DNA from: an uncultured Armatimonadetes bacterium
GTDB taxonomy: Bacteria; Armatimonadota; UBA5829; DTJY01
DNA length: 64,000 nucleotides
Assembly (NCBI GenBank): GCA_963717145.1
Contig: OY970325.1
Coordinates: 1,536,001-1,600,000, forward strand
Direction of reading: 5' to 3'
In this document: in pieces, positions 62,517 through 64,000 of the stretch
How the letters are laid out: every line of letters begins with the position of its first letter
Position numbering within the stretch: position 1 is the first letter of the stretch
Made by a program: the position numbers and the translations under genes
Notes under the pieces: model-generated
Database searches by the model: none
Told to the model about the DNA's origin: nothing
What the model saw: only the letters and a program-made list of their open reading frames with translations

Positions 62517-64000
62517 CTACTTCACGATCGCGCCGGTACCGGCGGAAGTGACGTTCCGCGCATATCGCGCCAGATAGCCGGTCTTCACTTTCGGCTCCGG
62601 CGGCTTCCATGACTCGCGCCGCTCGTCCAACTCCTCGTCGGAGAGCCGGACGTTCAGCGTCTTGCCGGGTATGTCCATATCGATGATATCACCGTCGCGG
62701 ATCAGGGCGATGTTCCCGCCCTCCGCCGCCTCAGGCGACACGTGCCCGATCGAACCGCCTCTCGACGCGCCGGAGAACCGTCCGTCGGTGATCAGCGCGA
62801 CGTCCTTGTCCAGGCCCATGCCGACGACCGTCGCCGTCGGAGTAAGCATCTCCCGCATGCCGGGACCGCCCCTCGGACCCTCGTAGCGAATCACGATCAC
62901 CGCGCCCTTCTCGATTCGTTCGCCCTGAGCGCTTCCATCGCGTCGTCCTCGCAGTCGAAGACCTGCGCCTGGCCCTGAAAACTCCAGCACTTCCTCGGCG
63001 ACGGCCGACTGCTTCACGACCGCTCCGTCCTGGGCAAAGTTGCCTCTCAGGATCGCGAGGCCACCCTCCGCGTGGTACGGATTGTCCACCGAGCGAATCA
63101 CGTCCGGGCGATGGATCTCCCTGCCCTCGATGTTCTCGCCTGACGGTCTTGCCGGTCACGGTGATCGCATCCGGGTTCTCCATCAGGCCATGCTTCATCA
63201 GTTCGTTCATGACCGCCGGCACGCCGCCCGCCTCGTCGCAGGTCCTGAATGTGGTGCGATGCCGCCCGGGCTCAGGCTGCACGAGATGCGGCGTCTTGCC
63301 GCTCATCTCGTTGAACTTGTCGAGGTTCAGCTCGATACCCGCCTCGTGTGCAATCGCCGGCACGTGCAGGACGGTGTTCGTCGAGCAGCCCAGCGCCATA
63401 TCGACCGCCAGCGCGTTCTCGAACGCGTCGTGTGTCATGATGTCGCGCGGCTTGATGCCCTTCTCGAGAAGCTCCATGATCGCCATGCCGGCGTGCTTCG
63501 CCAGGCGGATCGCGTGCGCCGGTGACAGCGGGAATCGTGCCGTTGCCGGGCAGTCCCATGCCGAGCGCCTCGGTCAGGCAGTTCATCGAGTTGGCCGTGA
63601 ACATGCCCGCGCAGGATCCGCATCCGGGACACGCGGCCTCCTCCATCTCCGCAAGCTCATCCTCGGTCATCTTGCCGGCCAACGACGGCGCCGATGCCCT
63701 TCGAACATCTGGGTGAGCGATATGTCCCTGCCCCTTGTATCGGCCGGCCATCATCGGCCCGCCGCTGATCACGTATCGTCGGGATATTCACCCGCGCCGC
63801 CGCCATCAGCATGCCGGGGATGATCTTGTCGCAGTTCGGGACTCAGCACCAGCGCGTCGAACGCGTGCGCCTTCGCCATCGTCTCGATGGAATCGGCGAT
63901 CAGCTCGCGCGTGCCAGCGAGTACTTCATCCCCTCGTGGCCCATCGCGATGCCGTCGCAGACCCCGATCACGCCGAACTCGATCGGAGTGCCGCCGGCCA
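62517..64000 (-). CDS. ilvD: Dihydroxy-acid dehydratase; 5'-truncated by window edge, multiple frameshifts
   Basis: [61 protein letters not shown]. Confidence 0.93.

Overview
High-GC bacterial window from a probable anaerobe (HydF, multiheme cytochromes, ferredoxins). The secreted-protein repertoire suggests Armatimonadota, but that is a weak inference. Layout: (1) 1-26.4 kb is a mixed region with a sugar ABC permease/deacetylase/DegT aminotransferase operon, an Asp-ligated ferredoxin, an octaheme HAO-like cytochrome, thiM, glycoside hydrolases, hydF and aspA separated by vapBC and a repeat-flanked Y1 transposase, and PRC-barrel genes. (2) 26.4-37.9 kb is a co-oriented array of nine secreted cell-wall-hydrolase-type genes: GHL10 glycosidases, five tandem Amidase_3 paralogs and eight copies of a golvesin/Xly-like C-terminal module, with conserved intergenic RNA-like structures. 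(3) 42.3-45.3 kb holds two tandem genes split by the ORF caller at an in-frame TGA. Both read as exported CxU selenoproteins, with a degenerate UshA/5'-nucleotidase fold fused to a tetraheme cytochrome c, and each has a covarying SECIS-like hairpin exactly 11 nt after the UGA. (4) 46.9-64 kb is a minus-strand housekeeping run (ilvD-ilvB-ilvN-ilvC-leuA-leuC-leuD-cimA-ispH-DUF512-der-plsY-amrA-maf-methyltransferase) studded with GTAG-type REP palindromes. Many frameshifts, mostly single-base deletions in short homopolymers, look like sequencing errors. No rRNA, tRNA or CRISPR array was recognised. All family assignments come from motif recognition, not database searches.
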